This document shows positions 40,631-53,893 of a stretch of DNA of 64,000 nt, piece by piece (within the stretch, counting starts at the first letter, position 1; every line of letters starts with the position of its first letter). The DNA comes from the human T2T-CHM13v2.0 reference genome, Homo sapiens. Location of the stretch: the NCBI RefSeq assembly GCF_009914755.1, contig NC_060928.1. The stretch is one strand, 5' to 3'. The position numbers and the translations under genes were made by a program. The notes under the pieces were generated by a model. That model was not told where the DNA came from and ran no database searches. It worked only from the letters and a program-made list of their open reading frames with translations.

Positions 40631-41986
40631 GTACGTGCAACCAGCAAGTCCTGGCCTCGAACTGTCCCTTCCTCCCTAGAAGCTTTAGTGGGGCTCCCCA
40701 ACCCCCCACACTCTCACCCGCTCTCCCAGTTCAGTTTTCCTTGTGATTACAGAAAAGTAGCATTTGTTTTCATGAGTTGAGTTTCTCAAGTGTCCCTTAC
40801 CTGGTTTCCTTATAAAGATATAGGTATCTAGATTACGTATGTTGTTATACAGATTCTCTATCTATCTGTCTACCTCCATTTTAGGAAGTCACCACCTCTC
40901 AATGGAAAAATGCAAGGTTAAGAAAAATTAGGGATTATCTTTTTTGTTTTTTGCTTTTTTTTTTTTAATGGATTAGAGTCTGGGTCTGAGTATTTTAAAA
41001 GTTTTAGCTTTGCACCCTTTCTGTTTCTATTGGACTTTGCATCTACAAAATAGCTAGAATGATTGACATTGATAGTCATTGGTTATTGAATTCCTGGCCC
41101 TCAGCTAAGTGTGTGGCAGGTCCTGAGCTAAGTGTAATCTACATTTATTATTTCATTTAACCCTCATGATAATCCTGTGCAGCAGAGTATATTATACATG
41201 TCAGACCCCTGTCTCTCGGACTCCCACCTCAGCTCTTTCTGTGCATTATCCTGGTGAGGAGAGAAAATAAGAAACTCAAAATCTCACATAAAAGGATTTT
41301 CTAATAAAGGCACCAAATGCTGCAAGGATTATAAAGTACTTTCCCCTGAAAATTTTAAGCAGTGCTGGGAATAGAAGCTGAGCATTCTGACTCCTAGGAG
41401 CCTGTTAATTTCCCTAATTCTTAGCCTATCCTCAGGCTTCACTTCCACTGTAGACCAGGGGCCTGCCTCATGCTTCCCTTCCCACCAAAGACAATAATAG
41501 GAATCACATACCTGTTAGCACAGGGGAGGAAGAACTCCGCTCCACTCTCCCCTCTCAGATTCTGCTGTTTTCCCTTTCAGAGAAGTCAGCCATTCAGCAA
41601 GCATCTGTAGAGCATGTGTTGTATGAAAAATGCTGTGTTACAGCATCAAAGGATACACAAAAGGAAAAAATAAGGCTCATGCCTTTCTGGAGTTCACAGT
41701 TAAGCAAGGAATACGACCTTATATGTATAAATCTAATATGACTAGTGAATGCTTTGGGAATAGTGATCAATAATATGCTATGGAAAGGAAAGTGATTAAT
41801 TCTGAGGTGATCTGAAAGTGCTTCTCCTGAAGGGAAATGGGATTTTGGGCCAGGATGTAAAAGATGGGCATGATGACAAGAGATTAGGGGAGAGGGGATG
41901 CATTGATGGGAAGAAACCAGTTCAGACAAAGAAAGATTCAGCAGTTCTGGCTGAGAAGTTTGCTGCACTCTATCACACGCATACAG

Positions 41987-42375
41987 CAACAAATGCTACT
42001 TGCTCTTACCAGTCAGATGCTTATAGGGCAGGATTTTACAAGTTTTTGACAAGGATTTAGCTCTTTTTCAAAATTCTCATTAGGGAGGCCTTTCTGCCTC
42101 CAAAAACAAAGTCATCATGGAAATCAGTTCCTCTGTATGTGACGATTGATCCATCTCTGGCCTGAAATAATGACTGCAGGAGGCTACCATTTTGAACTAC
42201 TTGTAGCCTGAGACCTTCTCATATATTTGGCAGGTCTGGCCTCTTCCTCAGCCAGCTTGAAATCCTCTCTGAAACATGCAACCTTCTATTTTCTTCTCCT
42301 TTAATTCCTCTTCATTGCAGAACAATAGATACTAGTGATGGAGCTTAAGTGCACATCAGACTCTTGCCTGTTTCC
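41987..42375 (+). repeat. Local direct duplication, copy 1 (389 bp)
   Basis: Aligns to 43483-43871 with 10 substitutions and 2 single-base indels (hand alignment). Confidence 0.97.
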
Positions 42376-43482
42376 TTCTGAGAGAAAATACCGTCCCCTC
42401 CCAGATGTTTTCTGTTTAGAATTGTACAGAAATATTTTCTCCCAGTATAAATCCCCGACAAATATAGAGGCAACTTCCCATAAGCCTTCAGTAGCCTTTT
42501 CCTTCCTTCAGAATGAACAGAGCTAATTCCCACTCCCTATCCTACCACTAACACACATTTAAAATCCATATATGTAACACACAATTTCATTTAGCTTGAT
42601 GGATTTTAGCAACTTAACTGCATAGCAGTCTAGACACCTTCCTTTCTCTCCCCGTGTTTCAAAGAAAATAAAAATGCTTAGGTGAAAACCAAATCATTAT
42701 TGTTTATTCCCCATTAGATATTGTTATTTTGTCTTAGAGGTTGGTTGGATGGCTATGAATGTTATTTTATCTTTCCCCCCAAATATTTCTTAAGCCTGGT
42801 TGATTAAGAAATAAAGCTAAAACATAGGCGTTGGGAGAAGTGAAGAGATTCCTCCAAATCCCAATTAAATACTTTGTATTATTTGGAAAACTTTTTAGAA
42901 AGACAAGTGAATACAAAACAGTACTTGGGCACCCTTTTCATAAAGGGAATGCCATATTTAGATGTTATTTAATTTGGGGAATATGCAGGCAGAGAGGGAA
43001 ATATTTCCAAATGAAATACTTCTTTTGTACTGCTTTGCTCCAACAAATACTGAAATTTCTGAACAATGCATAGTCTCTTATATTGTCACTGTGCCAGGAC
43101 TGCATTCTTGAGCTTCCTCCCTCTCCTGGTCTCCTGCACAGCAGCCAGACCTTAGCTGACTGGAGAAGCATCTCATGGCAAGGCGGTCTGCTCCTTGCAT
43201 CCTCTTCATCATCTGCCTTATTTGTAGTTATGATGAGTAAAAAATAAAACAAAGTTACTCTCACCACATAACTATTGTGGTTATTATATACATATTTTTC
43301 CTATTGAATAAATTTCAAGAACATTATCAGTAAGCTTTTGGGAAGGTTTGTTAATCAATCATTTTTCTCATCCTTGCTTTAGAGAATTCTGACAAGTTAA
43401 GTGAACTTGTAGAGACTGTCTGCCTGAGTTAAAACCACAATGTGGAGTGTGTTTCTGCTGCTGGCTTAGTTGATGCTATCTC

Positions 43483-43871
43483 CAACAAATGTTGCTTGCT
43501 CTTACCAGTCAGATGCTGACAGGGCAGGATTTTACAAGTTTTTGACAAGGATTTAGCTCTTTTTCAAAATTCTCATTAGTGAGGCCTTTCTGCCTCCAAA
43601 AACAAAGTCATCATGGAAATCAGTTCCTCTGTATGTGACAATCGATCCATCTCTGGCCTGAAATAATGACTGCAGGAGGCTACCATTTTGAACTACTTGT
43701 AGCCTGAGACCTTCTCATGTATTTGGCAGGTCTGGCCTCTCCTCAGCCAGCTTGAAATCCTCTCTGAAACATGCAACCTTCTATTTTCCTCTCCTTTAAT
43801 TCCTCTTCATTGCAGAACAAATAGATATTAGTGATGGAGCTTAAGTGCACATCAGACTCTTGCCTGTTTCC
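43483..43871 (+). repeat. Local direct duplication, copy 2 (389 bp)
   Basis: Same alignment as copy 1; offset 1496 bp. Confidence 0.97.
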
Positions 43872-44402
43872 ACTTTCTTTCTGTGAGACCTTGGAAAAGT
43901 TAACCTGTTAAAAGTGGGTAGGACCTGCAAAGCTATAGAAAGATAGCCAACATTTCTGCCTTAGAGACAGAAATGTATATCTGTTCATTGCATAGATTTA
44001 AAATATAGTAGAGACTATAAAGAGAAACCCTTGGAGAAATAAGATTACTGGTGGGGATATTTCCCCCGGATGCTGAGTTAGAGACTTCTCTGGTTCTCAC
44101 AGTATTTTCAGGGAACTTCATGTCTGATGTGTAACATAATCACTATGAGATGGTGTGACAAACATTACTGAATTGCTGAGGAAATTGCTCAATGCATGGA
44201 ACCACAGTATTGGATATAGGCTTGATTCTGTGGAATGCAACTCATAAGTCTTTTTTAGCACCTTTCTACAAGCACACATTTAAGCTTATACAAAATAGAA
44301 TTGACTTTCCACAAAATGTGAAGATACAAATAGCTAACAATAATCAAATTTTTGCTGTGTGCCAGTCATTGTACTGTGTTTTATAAGTATAAAATTAGTC
44401 TT

Positions 44403-44737
<335 letters not shown>

Positions 44738-44982
44738 CTATTATTATCTCTAAGTTACAGAAGAAGGAACCAAGTCACCAAGAGGGTACAAAATTTGCCC
44801 AAGGTAGTAGAGTGAGGTTTTCACCCCATACTGTCTGACTGCAGAGTCTTTAAGTCACTATACCATGCCATCTCCTGAATAAAAAGAGGCTGGGAATGGG
44901 GAAACAGAGGCAAGAGTTAAATGTTCTATATCTGAAAATATCATCCAATGAATTTATTTCATTTTAACATTTATTACTATTT

Positions 44983-45313
44983 CAGTCATGCATCATATAA
45001 TGGTCAAGGATGGACCACATATGTGACAGTGGTCCCATAAGATTATAATACCATACTTTTACTGTATCTTCTCCATGTTTAGATACAAAAATACATACCA
45101 TTGTATTGCAACTGCCTACAGTATTCAGCACAGTAATATGCTGTAACAGGTTTGTAGCCTAGGAGCAATAGGCCTATACCATATAGCCTAGGGATGTAGT
45201 AGTCTATGTCATCTAGTTTCTGTAAGCACACTCTATAATGTTTGCACAAGGACAAAATTGCCTAATGATGCATTTCTCAGAACATATCCCTGTTGTTAAG
45301 TGACACATGACTG
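44983..45313 (+). mobile_element. Tigger3a (MER7-like) MITE
   Basis: cagtcatgcatcatataa ... catttctcagaacatatccctgttgttaagtgacacatgactg|TA. Confidence 0.88.
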
Positions 45314-45484
45314 TATTTTTCACATCAGATTTTTCATAAGGATTTCTAGTTATTTTTAGTAGTTACTTGAAATATTCTAAAGTAGGTGAATATTGTCTTC
45401 ACATTTCATCAGTGACAGAGATATTGAGATAACTAACTTGGAACCCAAAACAGGAGGACTGAGATTCAGTAGACTTTAGATTTA

Positions 45485-45486
<2 letters not shown>

Positions 45487-45533
<47 letters not shown>

Positions 45534-45818
45534 TTGAGACGGAGTCTCGCTCAGTCACCCAGGCTGGAGTGCACTGGCGCAATGTCGGCTCACTGCAAGC
45601 TTTGCCTCCCGGGTTCACGCCATTCTCCTGCCTCAGCCTCCTGAGTAGCTCGGACTACAGGCGCCCGCCACCAGGCCCCGGTAATTTTTTTTGTACTTTT
45701 GGTAGAGACGGGGTTTCACCACGTTAGCCAGGATGATCTCGATCTCCTGACCTCATGATCTGCCTGTCTCTGCCTCCCAAAGTGCTGGGATCACAGGCGT
45801 GAGCCACCGCGCCCGACC
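45487..45818 (-). mobile_element. AluY with (TTA)n tail
   Basis: Y diagnostics gcaagct, gggttcacgccattctcc and ttagccaggatg. TSD atttacattatta on both sides. Confidence 0.92.
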
Positions 45819-47717
45819 AATTTACATTATTAAGTATGCTAAGAACTGGTGTATTTTTAAGTCAATTTTGAGATAATTAACAAAAATAAATCAGACACTT
45901 AACAAGTTGGTATAATTCTATGCCTAGTATTTTTCCCATAGCCACTGTTTTTTTTTCCCTGTAATTGCCATAATAAGCACTTTGTACTTCTTACCAATTT
46001 ATAGAAAATTAAGTCTTGACAGTGAATATATGCTCAAAGCAAGAAATGCAATAGGAATTTATCTTCCTTGGGCTTGTATCAGATTGGGAAGATATTTTCC
46101 TTTGTCAAGTGGTATTTTGATTGATAGAAGATTCAGAGAATTCTCTCAATAGTTTATTACTGGGTCTAATTCCTTTATTTTATCCACATCCACATAAATA
46201 GTTTAAGCTCGATATTCTAGGGGCCAAATCATGTGAATACAGAAGTTATATTCATTGTCAAAACGAAATGCAAAGGATGTAATAGGATATGAATACATAT
46301 TTATACTTTACTGGGTTAGGCGCTCACATGGGACCTAGGCTTTTCCAATTAATTATTGGCAAAGTAGCACATTCTTGTCAACATAGGGAAAAATGGTGGG
46401 AAAAGACTTTTAAAGGACCATAAATTTCATGGAGAGCAGGAATTCTCATTCCCTACAGTGATATTTGAGTGAATCAGAACACATGGAATTCATTTTTCTC
46501 AAGCCATTCAAGTCTGATTACATCCAGCCCAGCTGCCATTCAACCTATAAAGATTCCATGGCAAGACCTTGGGCTTTGAAGAGATCATGGCTTGAATCAT
46601 AGTTTCTCCACTTACTTAACTGTGGGCAAGATATGTCACCTTGCTGAGCTGCAATTACATACCCTGCTTCCAATTGTTATAAAGATTAAGTTACAAAAAA
46701 AAAGTCAAGTGCCTAATATTCCAGGCATATAATTTGTTGGTGCAAGGTACTTAGCAGAGTGTCTGGCACACAGTAAATACCCAGTACCGGTAGCTGCAAT
46801 TATTAATAATGTTCAGGGGTTTGTTTCTTCTGCCTGCTCCCACCTTTGACCCTTTCTATTGCTTATTAGTTTCTCAACCACTAAACAAAAACAATGAGGA
46901 ACGGGGTGAAGAGCAGTTAACCCATTGGGCAGGGTTAAATGGCAAAATAAATTACTGAAATTAAGTTAGAGATTATATATGGATTTAATTTTTCTGGTTT
47001 TTGCCTGTCTCCTGTCATAAATAATTGGGAGTTTAATATATTATCATCAATGGCAACATCATCATCTTCATCATGGACCTGATCACAGGGACCAAACTGT
47101 ATACTATCAAAAACTGACAACCCTTTCAGGACTCCAGTATATACCCTCATTAAAACAAAAACAACTACCCCTGAAAAGGCCCCAGAGTTATTGATCTCAC
47201 ATGTGAGTGAACTTTTTCCTAGAATTTATTGCACCCGATTACAATCCAAATTCATATCTTCACTAATTGTAACTAGGAACATTTGAGATTTTTGCAAAAT
47301 GTAATAGACTGTCCTTTCCCGTCATCTCTCATATTTCCCTATTGCCATTTGAAAAGTTTGGCCCATTGAATTCATTGTCTTCGTTATCCTATTTCAAGTT
47401 TAGCAGTTGTTTTGAACTCCAGAGATAATCGTTAGGAGACTTCTCTTAGTTAGGAAACATCCTTGTTAGAGGAGGCACCTGGTGAGACAGACTGAAGTTC
47501 AAATTCTGACTCTGCTTTTTTTTTTTTTTTTTTTTTTTAAATCTTCGGCTTATCTCCTGCATCGATGCCATGGGATTATGTAAGAGTGCCACCACGTGGC
47601 CTGACAATAGTAGGTTGCCAGTAAATAGGTGTTCCTTCTCCTTTTTACCTCCACCCTCTTGGTAAATTTAAACACCCGTTTATTGGCAGTAATGCTGTGC
47701 CTTTCTTGTGTTTCAAG

Positions 47718-47791
47718 GATGTGCTTTTGGGGCAAGACAGTGGCTTTGGTCTTGTGAAGGATCCATGTTATTTGGCTGGTCCTGGATCTAG
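47718..47791 (+). CDS. SHROOM3: SHROOM3 coding exon (exon 6), 74 nt, phase 0-2; DVLLGQDSGFGLVKDPCYLAGPGS(R)
   Basis: Acceptor ctttcttgtgtttcaag| at 47717 and donor AG|gtatgt at 47792. It bridges the phase-0 end of exon 5 to the phase-2 start of exon 7. Confidence 0.92.
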
Positions 47792-47930
47792 GTATGTACA
47801 TGTACTTATGATGCTCTCTGCATATGAATGCTGCTGGTGTTAAACTACTCTTGTTCCTTTCTACAAGAAATTGAAATGTGATGTCATATAGTGTCACATG
47901 CTTTTTTGATTTGTCTAGGCCATGGATAAC

Positions 47931-48052
47931 TTTTTTTTTTAGTTTTATTATTATACTTTAAGTTTTAGGGTACATGTGCACAACGTGCAGGTTTGTTACA
48001 TATGTATACATGTGCCATGTTGGTGTGCTGCACCCATTAACTCGTCATTTAG
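47931..48052 (-). mobile_element. Young L1PA (PA2-4-like) extreme 3' end, ~120 bp
   Basis: ttattatactttaagttttagggtacatgtgcacaacgtgcaggtttgttacatatg. TSD-like catggataactttt / catggagaactttt. Confidence 0.88.
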
Positions 48053-49031
48053 CATGGAGAACTTTTTATTTTCCATTTAGAAATGATTTTCTTTAAGAAT
48101 GACACTTGTTCAAAATAGGTTTTGAACATGTGCTACTGAGGACAAGGTTGATTTGGCTAACCAGTTTGACAACAGAATAATTAATGGAGGTGCTATTCTT
48201 GAGCGTGCCCCATGGCTTTCACAAATGGGGCCTCCTGTGTGGCTGATCTCATCCAGCTCTGTGTGCAGAGCATCACATCTGGTGACCACAGTGCTAGGGA
48301 AGAACGGGCATTTCATGAACAGCTTCACAGAGGAAGGCAAACTGTAAGCATCGGAGGTGAAAAATAAAGCTCAAAATCATAACTTTATACATGTGGGGAT
48401 GGAAAACAGAGGAAAGTCGTTTTTTTAAAATGCCATCAAAATCATATATCCTGGGTAGAAAAGTAAAATGAGCACTTTTTTAGAATTTAAAATTTTGAAC
48501 TGTTCACATGGGACTTAATAAGTAGAAATTTTCAGAAAGGGTATTCTCTGAACCATGTACTCTGTATGTAGTTTTAATGCAGCATTACAGAGTTATCTAC
48601 TATAATCTATTATTACTAATGATAATACACCTACACCCTACCTACTCCTTTCTACGTTTTTAAGCCATTTCCTTAATTTTTCTTACATTTCATTCAATCA
48701 TTGTTTCTACATTCACCTTCTTAATAACACAACCTAATTCTGTCAAGTAGAAGCAGCCAACATGGTCAGGAAGTAGGTATTAATTACCTGCTTTCTAGCC
48801 AAGATCAGCCTTCTACATTTATATGCTCTTGCTCCTATAGCTGTGTTGACAAGGAAGAAAGTATTCAAGGTGAGGTTGAGGACTTTGGTGAGTTTGGGTG
48901 CATTAATTAAATGCTAGAGACAAGGGAAAACTAACAATAAACTAGAGTACTGCTAAAGAAAATTGGTCTGAAATCAAAGACGGGACGAAACAACAAACAA
49001 TCAAATAACCCTATTTAAAAATGGGCAAAGG

Positions 49032-49390
49032 TAAAAAAAAGAACAAGATCATGTCCTTTGCAGCAACATGGATGGAGCTGAAGGCCATTATCCTAAGCAA
49101 ATGAACACAGAAACAAAAAAACAAATACTGCACGTTCTCACTTACAAGTGGAAGCTAAGCATTAAGTACACATGGACACAAAGAAGGGAACAATAGACAC
49201 TGGTGCCTATTTGAGGGTGGAGGGTGGGAGGAAGGTGAGGATTGAAAAAACTACCTATCAGGTACTATGCTTACCTGGGTGACAAAATTATCTTTACATC
49301 AAACCCCAGCGTCATGCAATTTACCCATGTAACAAACCTGTACATGTACTCCTTGAACCTAAAATAAAACTTGGAAAGGAAAAAAATAAT
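49032..49390 (+). mobile_element. L1PA15/16-like 3' end
   Basis: gatcatgtcctttgcagcaacatggatggagctg...gaaaaaactacctatcaggtactatgct...cctaaaataaaa. Confidence 0.88.
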
Positions 49391-50346
49391 TGAAGGTGAC
49401 AGGTGAGGGGGGCTGTTGGTTGGCTCAGTGGCAATATCGACAATCTGAGAAACACAGGTGGCAATTTTGTGGGGAGGGGGAAATCTTCCTCAACAAAATT
49501 AGTTCTGTGTTTAAAAAAAAAAAAAAACTTTCTGAGCTGTAAAAATGCCAAAAGAATAAATATGACAAGCATCGCATACCACTGAATAACTGAAATGCTT
49601 GTCCTGTTCTTCAGCAATTGACATTAGCATAGGTGCAGCTGCATGCCTAGTGCTTGCTGAAAAGGATATTGATAATTTCAGGACATGTAATTCTCAGCTG
49701 TCCTGGGGAAAAGCATAGGCATGGAAAGTGCAGCCGACAGGAAAACATGGGAGGGACTTGATCACAGATCCTGTGCTATGAATTTTGAGTACTAAAAATT
49801 CTGCTTGCAGTATATTTTTCTGACCATCACAACCAAGAAGACACAAAAAAGTATAACACTCTTTTTTTTCTAAAGGCTTGCATGGTCTTTTATCATAGTC
49901 ACTCTGTTAATCATAGTACGAAGACAAGAGTCACATCAACTGGACAATATTGAAATGTCAAAATAATTTGGAAGGTGGAATTTGGAGGAATGTGCCCTCT
50001 GTTCTCCATGAATGCCTATTAGGATCAGTCAGTTTTCCTCCATGCTGACATAATTCTCCCTGAATACATGAAATTCAGACTTTACATTAGTGCTTTTTAA
50101 AAAACATAAAATGTTCTAATTTATAGAAAAGTAGAGATTTTGCACTGTTCAAGTTTTATGAGAGTTTGATGCCTTCATGGGTCACAAAGAGACAATAGTT
50201 GTCATTATTATATACTTCTTTCCTGTTTTCAAACATTCTCCACTCTTTTTATCTCCATTTTAAAGAAAAACACTAGAGGATACCAATCCAACTAAATTCA
50301 GACATTCACTTGTTAATTTCAAACATAAAAATTTACTTGTCTATAT

Positions 50347-51150
50347 AAAAATGGGCAAAAGACTTAGACATTTATCCAAAGATGGCAGACACATGGCCAA
50401 CAAGCATTGAAAAGATGCTCAACACCACTAATCGTCAGAGAACTCAAAACCACAATGAGATGTTTACCTCACACACATTAGAATGGCTGCAATTAAAAAA
50501 ACGAAAAACAACCAGTGTTGGTGAGGATATGGGGAAATTAGAAACCTTGCACACTGTTAGTGGGAATGTAAAATGGTGCAGCCGTATGAAAAACAGCATG
50601 GAGATCTCAGAACATTAAAAATAGAACTACCATATGATCTGGCAATGCCACTTCAGAGTATGTGTCCAAAAAAATTGAAAGCAGGGTCTCCAAGACCCAT
50701 GTTCACACCCATGTTCATAGCAGCTGTATTTACTATTCACAATAGCCAAGAGGTGGAAACAACCCAAATGTCTACTCATGACAGATGATTGGATAAACAA
50801 AATGTGGTATAGCCATACAATGGAATATTACTCAGCCTTAAAAAGGAAATTCTGCCACATGCTTCAACATGACATTACGTGAAGTGAAATATAAGCCAGT
50901 CACAAAAAGACATACTGTATAATTTCACTTGTATGAAGTACTTAAAGTAGTCAAATTCACACAAAACACAAAATAGTGATTTCCAGGGGTTAGTAGGAGG
51001 GGGAAATGGGGAGTTATTATTTAGTGGGTACATAGTTTTAGGTTTGCAAGTTGTGAAAGTTCTGGAGATCTGTTTCACAACAGTGTGAACATATTAACAC
51101 TACTGAACTTAAAAATGGTTAAGATGAAATTTTATGTTGTTTTTTCTAAC
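50347..51150 (+). mobile_element. L1MB-like ORF2 end and 3'UTR (its upstream stub lies at about 48985-49031)
   Basis: aaaaatgggcaaaagacttagacatt...ttggtgaggatatggggaaattagaaaccttgcacactgttagtgggaatgtaaaatggtgcagcc...ctgaacttaaaaatggttaagatg. Confidence 0.85.
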
Positions 51151-53011
51151 CACAATTTTTTAAAAATGCTTTTTCTTTTTTTTTTTAAAGCAAAACAAAA
51201 CAAAGGTGAGACTAATTGCTCTCAAAATCCATTCTTGAATAGTAGGATTCCTGGATACATATCAGCAGACTCTGGGTGACCCTCTCACACTCTATTATAA
51301 AAGGGACTTGAACAAAGTCTTTTTTTATCCCAAACTTCATTCCTAAAAACACAAAATAATCACCACGGAGAAGCATTCTCAACCAAGCTAAGCATTTACC
51401 ACTGATATTATCTTCAAAAAGAAAATGCCACTTTAGTATAGTTTGTGTAAACTAAGGTCACACAAACTAAAAACATCATATAAAAGTCTATTGGGCTGGA
51501 TCTTTAAAGGATAAGTGCTATATTATTGTATGTTTTAGTGATGTCTTCCCCTTTAGAAAAGCCTCAAGATATAATAAATAAAATAAAGGCATCTGAATTA
51601 GTCGTTAAAACATCAGATTTCAACTGACTCCACATCCTGTTAAAGGATGCTGGGTTTAAAAACAGTTTGTATGCTACAGTCTGGAGAGCAGCTGGGCAAA
51701 GGAGACGTCACTGTTCAACAGACATTTGCTGAGGGGGTACTTGGTGGCAGGTACTGGGGATGCCAGGATGGATGAGACAGAAGTGAAGAGCATCCCCAGC
51801 GGGAAGCCACCAGGAAGTGCAGAGTGGCTACACTTCTCTATGGAGAGGTTCCTGGTAAAGAAACCATGTCTGAATGAAAGGGACTGGTCATGGGAAGGGA
51901 GGGGTTGCATCAGAGAGAGAGGTGGGCCCTTTATTCCATCATCTGCATCTATGTATAATAAAGGAAAAATAAAGGCATGAGAAGAGCTAATTTGGTTCTT
52001 TGCCATCTTCTTCCACCACATGCTGCATTCTGTTTGCCTGGCACTTGGATGATCTTGTGGCAAGCCCTGTGTTATTGCTCTGATGTGGGACTGAGTCACC
52101 ACTCCCTCAGAGGAGTCAGATCTGTGAGATGAAATGTGCCATCTGCACTCCAGATCCACTCACATAGCCAGTCAGGGAACTGCAGACAGGGAATGTACAA
52201 ATCACGGTGGGTTTGCTGGAGAGCTTTTTATCCTCACATTAACTCTTGCATAGCAGGTAGTGCCACAGACTCTTTTTTCTGTTTTGTTTTGTGGATTTTT
52301 CTCCTTTAGAACACAATAACAAAAGTTTTGCGAATTGTTGGGTTTTTCCTCGGAGTCTAGCGTACAGTTGTTTAAATCACCATGTACTATATTTGCTTAT
52401 TATTGCCAGCCTCTTTCTCCAGAGGTAACTGCTTATTAGCTCCTTAGGTGAGACTCTCCCCCTCCTTTTTATTTTTCATCAGATGAAATGAAAACACTAG
52501 GAGAGTAAGCAAAAGTTGTAAATAAAACCTTCAAATTCAGCAGCCCATGCAAATGCTTTCAAAACAGACCTCCCCCGTGGGGATCGCACTGGGAGAGAAG
52601 AAGGCAGCATTATTTTTCCCCAGAGCTGGGAGCTATTTCCTGAAGTAGTCCTAAAAGGGGCTGAAGAAATGTACTGTTTGTTTTTATAGCCTGAAGCCTG
52701 TCCTCAAAAGCTGCCTTATGTTGCATGGTGTGTACAGGATGTGGGGGCGGTGAGAGGGTTAATAAAAGAAAATGCCTTGTGAACCCAGTCATTCCATGTG
52801 ACATTTTCCTGTAGGAATTTATGCCTGCCTAGTACTGGTTTAACTTGGGTCTTCCTGTGAGCAGCCAGGGAAGACAGTGTGCAGTTTCTGGGGGAAGGAA
52901 AAGAGGTCCTCCTTCCTCTTAAATGCTTTTCTCATCTATGTAAGGAGCATTGGGCTGCATGTTTGCCCCTTTCTTCAGAGCTGTAACCCTCCTGTCTGTG
53001 TGCCGTTCCAG

Positions 53012-53893
53012 GTCACTCAGTTGTTCAGAAAGAGGCCAAGAAGAGATGCTGCCGCTCTTCCACCATCTCACCCCTCGTTGGGGTGGTTCAGGCTGCAAAG
53101 CCATTGGTGATTCCTCCGTTCCTAGTGAATGTCCTGGAACCCTGGACCATCAGAGGCAAGCCAGTAGGACACCCTGCCCCAGGCCACCACTGGCAGGAAC
53201 GCAAGGGCTGGTCACAGACACCAGGGCTGCACCCCTGACCCCAATTGGCACCCCTCTGCCTTCAGCCATTCCCTCTGGCTACTGCTCACAGGACGGTCAG
53301 ACAGGGCGACAGCCTCTCCCGCCCTACACCCCTGCCATGATGCACAGAAGCAATGGTCACACCCTGACCCAGCCTCCCGGTCCAAGAGGCTGTGAGGGCG
53401 ATGGCCCAGAGCATGGGGTAGAAGAGGGAACGAGGAAGAGGGTCTCGCTGCCTCAGTGGCCACCTCCTTCTCGAGCAAAGTGGGCCCACGCAGCCAGAGA
53501 GGACAGCCTTCCTGAGGAATCCTCAGCCCCTGATTTTGCAAACCTGAAGCACTATCAAAAACAGCAGAGTCTTCCAAGTTTATGCAGCACTTCTGACCCA
53601 GACACACCTCTTGGGGCCCCGAGCACTCCAGGGAGGATCTCCCTCCGAATATCTGAGTCTGTCCTGCGGGACTCCCCGCCACCTCATGAGGATTATGAAG
53701 ACGAAGTGTTTGTGAGGGATCCGCACCCCAAGGCCACGTCCAGCCCCACATTTGAACCTCTTCCCCCACCCCCACCTCCTCCACCGAGTCAGGAAACCCC
53801 GGTGTATAGCATGGATGACTTCCCTCCACCTCCTCCCCACACTGTATGTGAGGCGCAGCTGGACAGTGAGGATCCCGAGGGGCCACGCCCCAG
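53012..53893 (+). CDS. SHROOM3: SHROOM3 coding exon (exon 7), 882 nt, phase 2-2; includes GRISLRISES and the polyproline EVH1-ligand motifs FEPLPPPPPPPP and DDFPPPPP
   Basis: Acceptor gccgttccag| at 53011 and donor AG|gtgagt at 53894. Lies within ORF 52950..53897. Confidence 0.96.

Noticed and set aside
38157-40709. Many overlapping 60-155 aa ORFs in alternative frames and on the minus strand of exon 5
   Set aside because: Expected from stop-codon scarcity in GC-rich coding DNA; the products are low-complexity Arg/Pro/Gly/Ala.
37544-40780. Treating the 1078-aa ORF as a standalone gene
   Set aside because: The frame extends upstream to an acceptor at 37465 and there is a donor at 40631; it is an internal SHROOM3 exon.
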